Shown here piece by piece: positions 49,818 to 58,799 of a stretch of 64,000 nt of DNA. The stretch is from Chloroflexota bacterium (GTDB lineage Bacteria; Chloroflexota; Dehalococcoidia; SM23-28-2; RBG-16-64-32), in NCBI GenBank assembly GCA_022574655.1, contig JACZRQ010000001.1, positions 6,214-70,213 on the forward strand. The letters run 5' to 3'. Within the stretch, counting starts at the first letter, position 1; each line of letters begins with the position of its first letter. Both the position numbers and the translations under genes were made by a program. The notes below the pieces were generated by a model, which was not told the DNA's origin, searched no databases, and was given only the letters and a program-made list of their open reading frames with translations.

Positions 49818-50303
49818 ATGCTCCTTCAAGAACGTGACTCCCTCGGCTGGGTGCTCAAGGCTCTTCGCGAGACCGGCGGCCTGATCGGACGCGAATTCTA
49901 TGGCATGGCTGAAGACGAGCTCATCGAGCGTCCGCATGAAGACGAACTTTCGCTGAAGGAGATTGCGGCGCACCTGCGCGACGCCGAGGAGCTTGCGGTC
50001 AAGCAGTTCAACGCCTTCGCCGAACGGACGCGGAAGCTGCCCGCATGGGACATCGACGTCCTTCCCTTCGAGCGCGACTATCGGTCATCGGACCTCGAAG
50101 AGGTTCTCAGCCAGCTGCGGATGCTACGACGCGAGTCGACGCATCTACTGTGGAGCGTATCTGAAGATGACTGGAGCCGGGAGGCCGATCATCCCTATCG
50201 TGACAAGGTCACGCTGGAGCAGATGGCGAGGGAGCTAGCAGAGCACGACCTTGAGCACCTCTGGCAGATGCGCCGGATCAAGTCCGACTTCGCGCCCGAC
50301 TAG
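49818..50303 (+). CDS. DinB family protein
   Basis: The start is taken at the ATG at 49818 (MLLQERD). It has the conserved His-containing helices of the DinB superfamily (HLRDAEE...HDLEHLWQ). Confidence 0.55.
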   Translation: MLLQERDSLGWVLKALRETGGLIGREFYGMAEDELIERPHEDELSLKEIAAHLRDAEELAVKQFNAFAERTRKLPAWDIDVLPFERDYRSSDLEEVLSQLRMLRRESTHLLWSVSEDDWSREADHPYRDKVTLEQMARELAEHDLEHLWQMRRIKSDFAPD

Positions 50304-50779
50304 GCAACAACAGCCTTCAGATCGTTCACGTGGCCGCCCAGGTGCTCAGTGAATGAACCGGCGATGATATCCGCCACCGTTCCCCTCTCGCCCCAAGGCG
50401 CCTCGAACGGAGCGGCCAGTAGCTGATCCGGAGCGGCCTTGACGACCTGCCTGTCGCGATACAGCGTATCCGTTATCTCGGTCAGCAGCGCCTTGACCGC
50501 CTTCTTCTCGCGAGCCGCGACCTGTTGCGCGTTGAACGCATCGTTGTCGAACTCGCTGTCGCCCTCTCGCCGGCCGACAACGGGACCGGTTCGTGCCAGG
50601 GTAAGGATGAAGCCCGCGACGCCGGCGGTGGACGACAAGTGCGACAGCACTTGTTTGGCGTTCCAGCCGTTTTCGTAGATGCCCTTGTCCCACTCTGACT
50701 TCGGCAGCGTGGCAACTAGCTCCTCTACGGTGGCTTGGAACGCCTCAAGGGCCGCGATTACGTCTTCCTTCGTCGTCAT
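50300..50779 (-). CDS. DinB_2 / DUF664-like protein
   Basis: 159 aa with a helical-bundle pattern (WNAKQVLSHL...FTEHLGGHVNDL), typical of DinB_2 / maleylpyruvate-isomerase N-terminal-domain-like proteins. Confidence 0.5.
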   Translation of the reverse strand: MTTKEDVIAALEAFQATVEELVATLPKSEWDKGIYENGWNAKQVLSHLSSTAGVAGFILTLARTGPVVGRREGDSEFDNDAFNAQQVAAREKKAVKALLTEITDTLYRDRQVVKAAPDQLLAAPFEAPWGERGTVADIIAGSFTEHLGGHVNDLKAVVA

Positions 50780-50798
50780 CCGATTCTCCCGCTTAAGC

Positions 50799-51320
50799 TC
50801 AGCCGCTGTACGTCCAACCAGTGTACCCGGACGTCATCGGCTCGACTTCCTTCTCGATTCGCCCGTCGAGCACCCGCCCCACTACCAGCGTATGATCGCC
50901 GATCGAGAACGATTCCTCGACCTCGCACTCGAACCACGCCATCGCTGAGGAAAGCACGGGGCAGCCGGAGCCCGTCAGCTCGCAGTCCACGCCATCGAGC
51001 TTGTGGTGGACCTTGGCGGCTTCCGCCCCCTTTCGCCCCTTCACCTTCCCGCCGCTGCTCGGCTGCGCGAACCGGCGCGCCAACTCCATGCCTTCGTCGT
51101 TCTGCGCCAGCAGGTTCACCGTGAACGCCTTGTGCTCGCTCACATGCTTGAGGGTGTTGGAGTCGTTCTCAAACGAGACAGCGACGAGCCTCGGCTCGAA
51201 TGAGACCTGCATCACCCAGTCCGCCATCATGGCGTTAACTCCGTCGCCCTCCCGGCAACCGATGATGTACAGACCGTACGGCATCTCGTGCATCACGCGC
51301 GCTACTTCGTCTTTTTCCAT
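50799..51320 (-). CDS. flavin reductase family protein (FMN-binding split barrel)
   Basis: The start is taken at the ATG at 51320 (MEKDEVARVMHEMPYGLYIIG). Flavin reductase-like domain motifs are present. Confidence 0.7.
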   Translation of the reverse strand: MEKDEVARVMHEMPYGLYIIGCREGDGVNAMMADWVMQVSFEPRLVAVSFENDSNTLKHVSEHKAFTVNLLAQNDEGMELARRFAQPSSGGKVKGRKGAEAAKVHHKLDGVDCELTGSGCPVLSSAMAWFECEVEESFSIGDHTLVVGRVLDGRIEKEVEPMTSGYTGWTYSG

Positions 51321-51334
51321 GATTAGCGATCCGC

Positions 51335-53140
51335 CTAGGCGGGCTTTGCCACCTCTGCCATCTGCTTCACCGACGCCAATAGCTCGGCAGCCTCTGTGAC
51401 GGGAGGCGAACACATCGTGCCGAAGCAGGCGTATGCTGCGGGCGCTGGTTCCGAGGGAAGCACCAGCGCTTCCAGCCGCTTGGCATCCTCGGGATTGATG
51501 ATCTGCACGCTGCGCGAAGGGACGTCGAGCGCCAAGGCGGCCTGATGCAGGCTGGAGGCGGACTCGGCATCACCAACGATGTTCACTTCGGCAGGCGGAT
51601 TGAGGAACGTATCCGTCTGCCGCGCGTAGCCCGCTGCGAAGTGGCCCATGTGAGGCACGTCTCCGGCAAATGCTTCGAGGGTCGATCGTGCGACATCCTT
51701 GTAGTCGTCCGTGCGCGTCAGGTGGTGGAGACGCAGGAACAGCTCGGCGCACACGGTGTTGTCCTGCAGGGACTTCTGGCGTTCCTCCAGGCGGCCCACG
51801 GTCGACGGCTCGTCCCAGACATCGAAGAATCCCTTACGGCCGTTCGGATCGAGAAATCGGTCGAGGAGGAAGGCGGCTAGCTGTTCGGCGCGATCGAGGT
51901 ATACGGGATCGCCCGTGACCTCGTAGGCGTCGAGCATCGCACGGGCGGTGTGTGACTGGTCTCCGAGAAGGCCAAGCACTTGCGGACCGCTGCCGTCATG
52001 GAAGCGGTACATGCCTTTTTTCGGTTCGCGACACTCGTCCCAGAGGAACGTCAGCGCCTGTGCGGCAGCATCACGGAGATCCGGACGGCCGAGCGTCCAC
52101 GATGCTTCCAAGTACGCGGAGGCCGCCATCGCGTTCCAGCTCGTGTAGCAGGTGTGATCGATGTACGGTTCTTCTTTTCCTTCGCGTTCCGCCTTCGATA
52201 GCTTGTAGAACTCCTCGTCCGCGTCCTGGGAGCCATAGAAGAACCCCTTTTCTGGGTCGCGCAGCTTCCACTCGATGTAGTCGATCGTGCGACGCGCGAA
52301 GTCAGCGTGCTCCTCGTCGCCGGTGATGCGGTAGAGCGCCAGAAGCGCCTTGAGCAGGCCGCCGTGGTCCTCCAACATCTTCTCGTAGTGGGGCTCCGAC
52401 CAGTCGCGCCTCGTGGAGTAGCGGAAGAAGCCACCCCACTCATGGTCGTACATTCCGCCACGCGCCATCGATTCCAGCGTCTTGCGCGCCATGTGCAGCA
52501 CGTCGGGGTCGCGCGACTTGCGATGCGCGTACAGGAGGAGGTCGATGGCGTCCGAGTGCGGGAACTTCGGGGCGTCGCCGAACCCTCCGTGCATCGGATC
52601 GTAGTGATCGCCCACTGCCCTCAAGACCGTGTCGTAGACCTCCGAGGTGATCTCGCTCGTTGCTTGAGAGGAGAGCGCCGCCGCTCGCTTTTCGCGCAGA
52701 TCAGCGACCTTGCGGGCCACCTCATCCTTGTTGCTCTGGAAGTAGACCCAGACCTTTGGGAGAAGCTCCAGCATCTGTTCCGGCGGCACGTAGGTCGAAC
52801 CGGAAATCGCCTCGCCGTCGGGGGTGAGAAACGCCGTCGTCGGCCAGCCGCCCATGTTGTAGCGGGCGTTGATGTCCGGGCGCTGATCGTTGTCGACGCG
52901 GACCGGGATGTAGTGCTTGTTGATGTATGTGATGACGCCTTCGTTGGAGTACGAGGTCTCGTCCATGACGTGACACCAGTGACACCACACAGCGGAGAGG
53001 GCGAGCAGAACCGGCTTGTTCGAGACGCGCGCCTGTTCGAAGGGCTCCGGGCCCCACTCCTGCCAGTTGATCTCGTGCGCGCGGTTCGGGCGCGGCGAGA
53101 AGTGGAACGGAGGCTTCGCCTCTTTTTTAGATTTCGCCAT
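51335..53140 (-). CDS. thioredoxin-domain protein of the YyaL/DUF255 family (N-terminal Trx-like plus six-hairpin glycosidase-like domain)
   Basis: 601 aa with an N-terminal Trx-like region (WCHWCHVM), the hallmark of DUF255, and a long alpha/alpha toroid-like remainder. Confidence 0.75.
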   Translation of the reverse strand: MAKSKKEAKPPFHFSPRPNRAHEINWQEWGPEPFEQARVSNKPVLLALSAVWCHWCHVMDETSYSNEGVITYINKHYIPVRVDNDQRPDINARYNMGGWPTTAFLTPDGEAISGSTYVPPEQMLELLPKVWVYFQSNKDEVARKVADLREKRAAALSSQATSEITSEVYDTVLRAVGDHYDPMHGGFGDAPKFPHSDAIDLLLYAHRKSRDPDVLHMARKTLESMARGGMYDHEWGGFFRYSTRRDWSEPHYEKMLEDHGGLLKALLALYRITGDEEHADFARRTIDYIEWKLRDPEKGFFYGSQDADEEFYKLSKAEREGKEEPYIDHTCYTSWNAMAASAYLEASWTLGRPDLRDAAAQALTFLWDECREPKKGMYRFHDGSGPQVLGLLGDQSHTARAMLDAYEVTGDPVYLDRAEQLAAFLLDRFLDPNGRKGFFDVWDEPSTVGRLEERQKSLQDNTVCAELFLRLHHLTRTDDYKDVARSTLEAFAGDVPHMGHFAAGYARQTDTFLNPPAEVNIVGDAESASSLHQAALALDVPSRSVQIINPEDAKRLEALVLPSEPAPAAYACFGTMCSPPVTEAAELLASVKQMAEVAKPA

Positions 53141-53173
53141 TCAGTAATCCCTGCTATCCGGCACTAGCTACTT

Positions 53174-53590
53174 CTATTCTGTCAGAAATCGGTCTTTGAC
53201 ATCAGCCGCCGGTACCATGCACTCCTCCTTCCGGCCGAACCAGCGATAGCGCCGCTTCGCGAACCAGTTGTAGAGGACGTCTCGCAGCGGGCGTGGGACG
53301 ACGATCGCCGCGTATAGGGCAGGATACACGCCGCCGAGCCTCCGCGCGATCCTCAGCGCAGCCGTGGAACGCAGGTACGCCTTCCCGCCCTCGATTAGGA
53401 CGAACGTATCCAGTTGAGACGGGTCGAACCCGTACTGACGCTGGAGGCGCGCTCCCGCCTCCGACTGCAGCGGCGCGAAGCGAAAGTAGGATCGCTTGTC
53501 GTTACCGATCACGAAGTTGATGGAGGCGTCGCAGAAGTTGCAGACGCCGTCGAAGAGGACGGTTGGGTGGGCTCCGGAGTCGGGAGGCAT
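53174..53590 (-). CDS. thiol-disulfide oxidoreductase DCC family (DUF393)
   Basis: 138 aa with the N-terminal FDGVCNFC motif characteristic of DCC proteins. Confidence 0.7.
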   Translation of the reverse strand: MPPDSGAHPTVLFDGVCNFCDASINFVIGNDKRSYFRFAPLQSEAGARLQRQYGFDPSQLDTFVLIEGGKAYLRSTAALRIARRLGGVYPALYAAIVVPRPLRDVLYNWFAKRRYRWFGRKEECMVPAADVKDRFLTE

Positions 53591-53626
53591 TTCGGGTCTA
53601 TGTTATCGAAGACGGATACTCCGTCT

Positions 53627-54592
53627 CTACTTGACGTCGGCGATCAGGTCGGCGATGACGTCGTAGCGCCCGAACGACGGTACCAGGTAGACGCCAGCGG
53701 CCTTGTCGCGGCACAAGGCGATGAAGTCTCGCGCCATCGCCTTGCCTTCGGCGAGGCCGCGTTCGTCGCCGGCCTTGCGCATACGGTCGCGCACGTCGTC
53801 CGGGAGGTACATGCCGGGGACTTCCTTGTGCAGGAACTCGGCGTGACGGGAGTTGGCGAGCGGCAGGACGCCGACCATCGCCGGGCGCTTGAACTTGGCG
53901 GCGCCGTCGAGGAAGCGTTCGAGCACCTTTTCGTCGAAGACGTTCTGGGTCATGAAGAAGTTGGCGCCGGCCTCCACCTTACGTCGCATCAGCCGTAGCT
54001 CCGGCTCGATCGGGTTGGCGTTCAGGTTCGCCGCGCCGCCGACGAAGAACGACGCCTTGCGGCCGATGGACTTGCCAGCGAAGTCGACGCCATCGTTGGC
54101 GAGCTTGAGGAAGCGGATGAGCCCGACGGCGCTGATGTCCCAGACGCCAACGATGTCCGTGTAGCCGCCGACGGACGGCGGGTCGCCGCGCAGACAGAGG
54201 ATGTTGCGGACGCCGAGGACGTGCGCGCCGACCATGTCCGAGTGGATGGCCATGGCGTTACGGTCGCGGGTGGTGTAGTGCATGATGATGTCGGCGCCGA
54301 CCTCGCGCTGGAGCAGCACGGACATCGCCAGGGGCGACATCCGTACCTTGGCGGTGGGGCTGTCGCCGACGTTGAGGCCGTCGACGCCCGCTTCTTGCAG
54401 GAGCTTGGCGCCTTCGAGCGCCCGCTTAGGGCTGAGGCCGTGCGGCGGGTCGACCTCGACGGTGACGACGAACTGGCCGGCCTCGACCTTCTCGCGGAAG
54501 GTGGCGGGTTCGAGGGCGTCGCTCGTCTGGGCGGCGGCTGGCTTCTTGGTCACAGTGGGTACAAGGGTAGGGGATGGGGGAGAGGCGGGCAA
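53627..54592 (-). CDS. metF: 5,10-methylenetetrahydrofolate reductase
   Basis: 321 aa with a MetF TIM-barrel pattern (FVVTVEVDPP...GVDGLNVGDSP...IMHYTTRDRN...ILCLRGDPP) and a low-complexity N-terminal extension. Confidence 0.8.
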   Translation of the reverse strand: MPASPPSPTLVPTVTKKPAAAQTSDALEPATFREKVEAGQFVVTVEVDPPHGLSPKRALEGAKLLQEAGVDGLNVGDSPTAKVRMSPLAMSVLLQREVGADIIMHYTTRDRNAMAIHSDMVGAHVLGVRNILCLRGDPPSVGGYTDIVGVWDISAVGLIRFLKLANDGVDFAGKSIGRKASFFVGGAANLNANPIEPELRLMRRKVEAGANFFMTQNVFDEKVLERFLDGAAKFKRPAMVGVLPLANSRHAEFLHKEVPGMYLPDDVRDRMRKAGDERGLAEGKAMARDFIALCRDKAAGVYLVPSFGRYDVIADLIADVK

Positions 54593-54610
54593 CGGGCGAT
54601 AGCGTGAGGG

Positions 54611-56092
54611 CTACCGCAGGTAGCGTCTGCGGGCGTACCAGCCACCAACGATGAGCGTGGCTCCGATTGCGGCCATGAGCCCCGCTATGTGGCCGGTGTT
54701 GTCATGTCGACTTTCGCTGGCCGGAGCATCTCCCGCCTCCAGCAGGCCAGCGATGCCGCCAACCGCCAGCGGCGGTCCGGGGGGTGGGCAACCGTTGTGT
54801 TGAGGGACACCGGGGAGATCAGGGCAGACGTCGAACGGATCGAAGATGTCGTCATCATCGCTGTCACTTCTGCAGTTCGGATTACTGCAATGCAGCACCT
54901 TCAGGTCGTCGTTCGGAACGCCGTCGAAGTAGCTAACCACTGAGTTGCCGATGCCATCCAGCGCCAGCGATGTGTGAAAGCCGACAATTCCCGCCGTGTC
55001 TGGGGAGGTGATGACGTTGTCTGCGCTGCAGTCCGGGCTTCCGCAGTGCAGCACCTTCAGGTCTCCGTTTGTGTCGTCGGCGTAGCTGACCACTGGGTTG
55101 CCGATGCCGTCCAGCGCCAGCGATGTGTAGAACCCGACATTCCCCGCCGTGTCGGGGGACGTGATGACATTGCCGCCGCTACAGTCCGAGTCGCCACACT
55201 GCAGCATCTTCAGGTCCTTGTTGGTGCTGTCGTAGTAGCTGACCACCGGGTTGCCGCTCCCGTCCAGCGCCAGCGACGAGTACAACCCCACGAAGCCCGC
55301 CGTGTCGGGAGAGGTGATAACGTTTCCTGCGCCGCAGTTCGGGTCGCCGCAGTGCAGCACCTTCAGGTCTCCATTGCTGCGGTCGTAGTAGCTCACCACC
55401 GGGTTTCCGCTCACGTCCAAGGCCAGAGCCGAGTGCTCGCCTACGAGACCTACCGTGTCGGGAGAGGTGATGACGTTGCCCATGCTGCAGTCCGGGTCGC
55501 CGCAGTGCAACACCTTCAGATCAAAGTTGCTGCCGTCGAGGTAGCTGACCACGGGGTTGCCGTTGCCGTCCAGCGCCAGCGATGTGTAGAACCCGACATT
55601 CCCCGCCATGTCAGGGGACGTGATAACGTTCCCCGCGGCGCAGTTCGCGTCTCGGCAGTGCAACACTTTTAGGTCTAAGTTGCTGTTGTCCCAGTAGCTG
55701 ACAACTGGATTGCCGCTACTATCCAGCGCCAGCGATGTGTGGATCCCGACATTTCCCGCCGTGTCGGGGGAGGTGATGACGTTGCCCGCGCTGCAGTTCG
55801 GGTCGCCGCAGTGTAGCAACTTAAGATCCCCGTTGCTCCCGTCGTGGTAACTGACGACCGGGTTGCCGGTGCCATCGAGCGCCAGGGAAGTCGAACCCCC
55901 GACGCTGCCTGCCGTGTCAGGGGAGGTGATGACGTTGTCGACGGCCTCTACTGCGGGGGCTTTGCATAGCGCCGAGGCGAACAGTACCGCAACTATGGCA
56001 GCCGCCACGGCGACCGAAGGCGGGATTATTGACGGACGAAGCGTATAAGCGGCGTGTCCAGCATGGGACATGCTGCACCCCCTGTACGGCAA
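54611..56092 (-). CDS. cell-surface tandem-repeat protein (8 x ~50-aa repeats) with an N-terminal signal and a C-terminal TM anchor plus basic tail
   Basis: 493 aa. The signal peptide is followed by eight repeats of consensus [51 protein letters not shown], then an Asp-rich and Pro-rich segment, a TM helix ([18 protein letters not shown]) and ARRRYLR at the C-terminus. Confidence 0.7.
   Translation of the reverse strand: MPYRGCSMSHAGHAAYTLRPSIIPPSVAVAAAIVAVLFASALCKAPAVEAVDNVITSPDTAGSVGGSTSLALDGTGNPVVSYHDGSNGDLKLLHCGDPNCSAGNVITSPDTAGNVGIHTSLALDSSGNPVVSYWDNSNLDLKVLHCRDANCAAGNVITSPDMAGNVGFYTSLALDGNGNPVVSYLDGSNFDLKVLHCGDPDCSMGNVITSPDTVGLVGEHSALALDVSGNPVVSYYDRSNGDLKVLHCGDPNCGAGNVITSPDTAGFVGLYSSLALDGSGNPVVSYYDSTNKDLKMLQCGDSDCSGGNVITSPDTAGNVGFYTSLALDGIGNPVVSYADDTNGDLKVLHCGSPDCSADNVITSPDTAGIVGFHTSLALDGIGNSVVSYFDGVPNDDLKVLHCSNPNCRSDSDDDDIFDPFDVCPDLPGVPQHNGCPPPGPPLAVGGIAGLLEAGDAPASESRHDNTGHIAGLMAAIGATLIVGGWYARRRYLR
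54740..55940. repeat. in-frame ~150-bp tandem coding repeats (x8)
   Basis: A recurring DNA motif GTGATGACGTTGCC...GCAGTGCAGCACCTTCAGGTC appears near 55011, 55161, 55310, 55460, 55620 and 55770, with a ~150-bp period inside the CDS. Confidence 0.7.
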
Positions 56093-56155
56093 TTATAGTC
56101 AACCTGAGGGGCGTGTCAATGTGACGATAGGGGCTCTGAGGCCCCTCCGGGAGCT

Positions 56156-56200
56156 CTACGCCTTGACGCCGGCGGCTTGGCGCATGAGGCCTGTAAGGCG
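56156..56200 (-). repeat. degenerate duplicate of the 3' end of the EVE-domain gene
   Basis: CTACGCCTTGACGCCGGCGGCTTGGCGCATGAGGCCTGTAAG resembles TTACGCTTTGACGCCGGAGGCTTCGCGCATGAGGCCGGTCAG at 56386..56427. It encodes ...LTGLMRQAAGVKA* versus the authentic ...LTGLMREASGVKA*. Confidence 0.6.
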
Positions 56201-56385
56201 CTCGTGGTTAGGGGTAGAATGACGGCGTAAGGAGATTCTGGTCCGTGCCCCAAATGACATCTGCTGCCGAAGGGACGATTGCTGGCGGCGGTACCCCTTG
56301 CGTTGCTCTCGGCGCTGGTGATAGGCGCGGCGGGGGTGGCGGGAGAGCCGTTGAGTGTTGTAGGGGCGACCTGGCCGATCCGCCC

Positions 56386-56835
56386 TTACGCTTTGACGCC
56401 GGAGGCTTCGCGCATGAGGCCGGTCAGCCATTCGTAGTCTTCTTCGGGGATCTGGTGTAGGTTGCCCTGGAAGGCGAGGCGCCAGTGCTCGGCGGGCCAC
56501 TTCTTCGTGTACTTCATCTGGGGGCCGAGCTCGCGTACGTCGAGGTACTGGTCCGGGGTGAGCACGATCTCCGACTTGATGCTGACGCGCCAGGGGTAGT
56601 CTTCCTTGGGCTTCACGCTCTTGAACACGGGATCGTGGTCCTCGAAGTACTCGGAGGTGACTTCGGCGAGGCCGCCGAACTTCATGATCTTCGTGAGGTA
56701 GAAGATCAGCTTGTCGCCGGGCTGCATCTTCGCTACTTCCTTGCGGCGGGTGCTCTTGAAGCCGAACATGTCGAAGCCGCGCGACTCGGCGATGCGCATG
56801 TTTTCTTCTGATCCGACTACGATCCAGTAGGTCAT
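56386..56835 (-). CDS. EVE domain (PUA-like) protein
   Basis: The start is taken at the ATG at 56835 (MTYWIVVGSEENMRIAESRGFDMFGF), preceded by AGGAGG. The sequence is typical of EVE/DUF55. Confidence 0.7.
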   Translation of the reverse strand: MTYWIVVGSEENMRIAESRGFDMFGFKSTRRKEVAKMQPGDKLIFYLTKIMKFGGLAEVTSEYFEDHDPVFKSVKPKEDYPWRVSIKSEIVLTPDQYLDVRELGPQMKYTKKWPAEHWRLAFQGNLHQIPEEDYEWLTGLMREASGVKA

Positions 56836-57056
56836 TTTGTCCTCCTTTTGACAGGTGCCCACCCGCCCACCCATTGAAGAAGGGGACACCCCCATGCCCT
56901 CAGCCCCGATTGGATCGGGGAACCCGCTTGCCTCAGATTATACGGACACCGGCCTGACGGCGGGCTAAAGCCCGCCCCCCAAAGGATCAGCGCGGGCCAA
57001 TTGGGAAGCCCGGTGGTCTCCCACCGGGCTTTGTGTCTCGTGTTAGGTTTGCGGCG

Positions 57057-57419
57057 CTAGTGCGAGCAGGCCTTGGCTTCACCGCCGCCTTCGGCGGTCT
57101 GGAAGGAGGTGCCGCAGGCGCAGGACTTGACTGCGTTGGGATTGTTGATCGTGAAGCCGGCCTTCATCAGATCGTCCACGTAGTCGATCTCGGCGCCTTC
57201 GAGCAGCGGAGCGCTCTCCGGGTCTACGATGATGCGGATGCCGCCGTGCTCGATGACCAGGTCGTCATCATCGACCTCTTTGGCTAGCGCCATGCCGTAC
57301 TGATAGCCGGAGCAGCCGCCGCCCGCCACGAACACGCGTAGGCCAGCGTCTTCCTTGAGGCCCTTCTCTTCGAACAACTCTTTGGCCTTGACGGCCGCTT
57401 TTTCTGTCATCGTCAGCAT
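57057..57419 (-). CDS. erpA: iron-sulfur cluster insertion protein, IscA/ErpA/HesB family
   Basis: 120 aa with GGGCSGYQY and a C-terminal SCACGTSF motif (three conserved Cys). Confidence 0.85.
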   Translation of the reverse strand: MLTMTEKAAVKAKELFEEKGLKEDAGLRVFVAGGGCSGYQYGMALAKEVDDDDLVIEHGGIRIIVDPESAPLLEGAEIDYVDDLMKAGFTINNPNAVKSCACGTSFQTAEGGGEAKACSH

Positions 57420-57528
57420 GCTCTACACCTCATTCGGAGATAAAGGAACCAAACGCTTCTATTAAGCTACAGCAAGCGTATCAACGCTACCGTACGCTGT
57501 CAATACGACGACGCCCATCGGCGTATCG

Positions 57529-58143
57529 TTACCACTCGACGCCGAGGGCACGCAGCGACTTCTCAAGCGCCGGGAAGTGTCCCTCGTAATGGATCGCGCT
57601 GAATCCGGCCGCGATGGCGCCGTCGATGTTCGGCTGGAGATCGTCGATGTGGACGCAGGCCGAGTAGCCGACGTTCATCTGGTCGGCGGCGTGGTGATAG
57701 ATACGGGTGTCGGGCTTGGCGATGCCCAGGCGGGCGGAGTTCACAACGATCTCGAACAAGTCGCTCAGCCCGCTTGGCTCCAGCATCTCCTTCTCGAGAC
57801 GCTTCGTCGTGTTCGAGATCATCCCAACGCGGTAGCGCGATCCCAGTGCGCGTGCCAGCTCCACCACATCCTCGTCCAACCCCTGCCACATCTGCCGCCA
57901 GTCCTCGTGGAGTTGCGGCACTGGCTTACCAGCCTTCTCGTCGAGAGCCCGGTTCGCCGCCGCGATCCACTCCTCGGTCGGGATACGGCCAATCTCTGCC
58001 TTGCGCCACTCGGGGATGCCGTAGATCGAGCGCAGCAGGTCGTTCTCCTTGAGGCCGTACGAGCTTTCGAGGCGGCGGATCTCGTCACGGTCGAGCCTCC
58101 CGATCACGCCGCCGAAGTCGAAGAAGACGGCTTCGATCACCAT
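57529..58143 (-). CDS. HAD family hydrolase (subfamily IA)
   Basis: 204 aa starting AVFFDFGGVI (motif I), with a C-terminal motif IV (HIDD). Confidence 0.7.
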   Translation of the reverse strand: MVIEAVFFDFGGVIGRLDRDEIRRLESSYGLKENDLLRSIYGIPEWRKAEIGRIPTEEWIAAANRALDEKAGKPVPQLHEDWRQMWQGLDEDVVELARALGSRYRVGMISNTTKRLEKEMLEPSGLSDLFEIVVNSARLGIAKPDTRIYHHAADQMNVGYSACVHIDDLQPNIDGAIAAGFSAIHYEGHFPALEKSLRALGVEW

Positions 58144-58754
58144 GCCACACCTATCGCTTCCAGCTTGGCGACGAACGACTCGTAGTCCGTGAAGTGGATG
58201 CCATGCATCCCCAGCTCCGATGCCGCCAATGCGTAAGATGCCGTGTCGTCAGTGAAGACGCTGCTCTCCAGCGACACGCCCATCTGATTCGTGGCGTGGT
58301 GGAAGATCTCCGGATCGGGCTTGGCGATCTTGAGGTCGCCGGAGCCGACGCGCGCCTCTGTCAACTCGATGAGTTGGGGGAACTGCGTCTGCAACCGCTC
58401 TTCCATGCCCGGTGTAGTGTTCGAGATGATCCCCAGGCGATAGCGACCGTGCAGGCGTTCCATCAGCCGAACCATGTCGAGGTTCAGTTCACTATCGGCC
58501 TCCCGTAGCGCCTTCAGCATTCCCCGCGCCTTGTCGCCGACGTTGCGCTCGGCCGCCTCGCGGATCGACTCGACCCACTCCTGCTCGGTGCATCTGCCGA
58601 CGAAGAAGTCCTTGTAGCGGCTGTCGCGGTAGAGGCAGTTGAAGACACTGCGCTCAGGCAGATCGAACTGAGCTTCGATCGCCTTGTGGTCGATTCCGTC
58701 GGCGTGCTTCAGCAGCACACCACCGAAGTCGAAAAAGATAGCTTCTACTGACAA
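58137..58754 (-). CDS. HAD family hydrolase (subfamily IA), tandem paralog
   Basis: 205 aa starting AIFFDFGGVL. It has the same architecture as the downstream gene, which it overlaps by 7 nt. Confidence 0.7.
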   Translation of the reverse strand: MSVEAIFFDFGGVLLKHADGIDHKAIEAQFDLPERSVFNCLYRDSRYKDFFVGRCTEQEWVESIREAAERNVGDKARGMLKALREADSELNLDMVRLMERLHGRYRLGIISNTTPGMEERLQTQFPQLIELTEARVGSGDLKIAKPDPEIFHHATNQMGVSLESSVFTDDTASYALAASELGMHGIHFTDYESFVAKLEAIGVAW

Positions 58755-58799
58755 AACAGTTGCGCTTGGATGATCCCGTGTTACCGGAGCGATTCGCTC

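Noticed and set aside
51948-53167. Several plus-strand ORFs (e.g. 52307..53167, 286 aa) antisense to the YyaL gene
   Set aside because: They are antisense to a long conserved Trx-domain gene and extremely Arg/Val-rich, so they are spurious.
54740-55940. Periodic ~150-bp repeats that could suggest a CRISPR array
   Set aside because: The repeats are 150 bp, contiguous with no unique spacers, in frame within a 493-aa ORF, and encode a coherent amino-acid repeat. They are protein tandem repeats, not CRISPR.
56245-56460. 71-aa plus-strand ORF and 114-aa minus-strand ORF between the EVE gene and its duplicated 3' end
   Set aside because: Both are Gly/Arg-rich low-complexity translations of a repeat remnant. 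The minus ORF merely reuses the duplicated EVE tail (…LTGLMRQAAGVKA).
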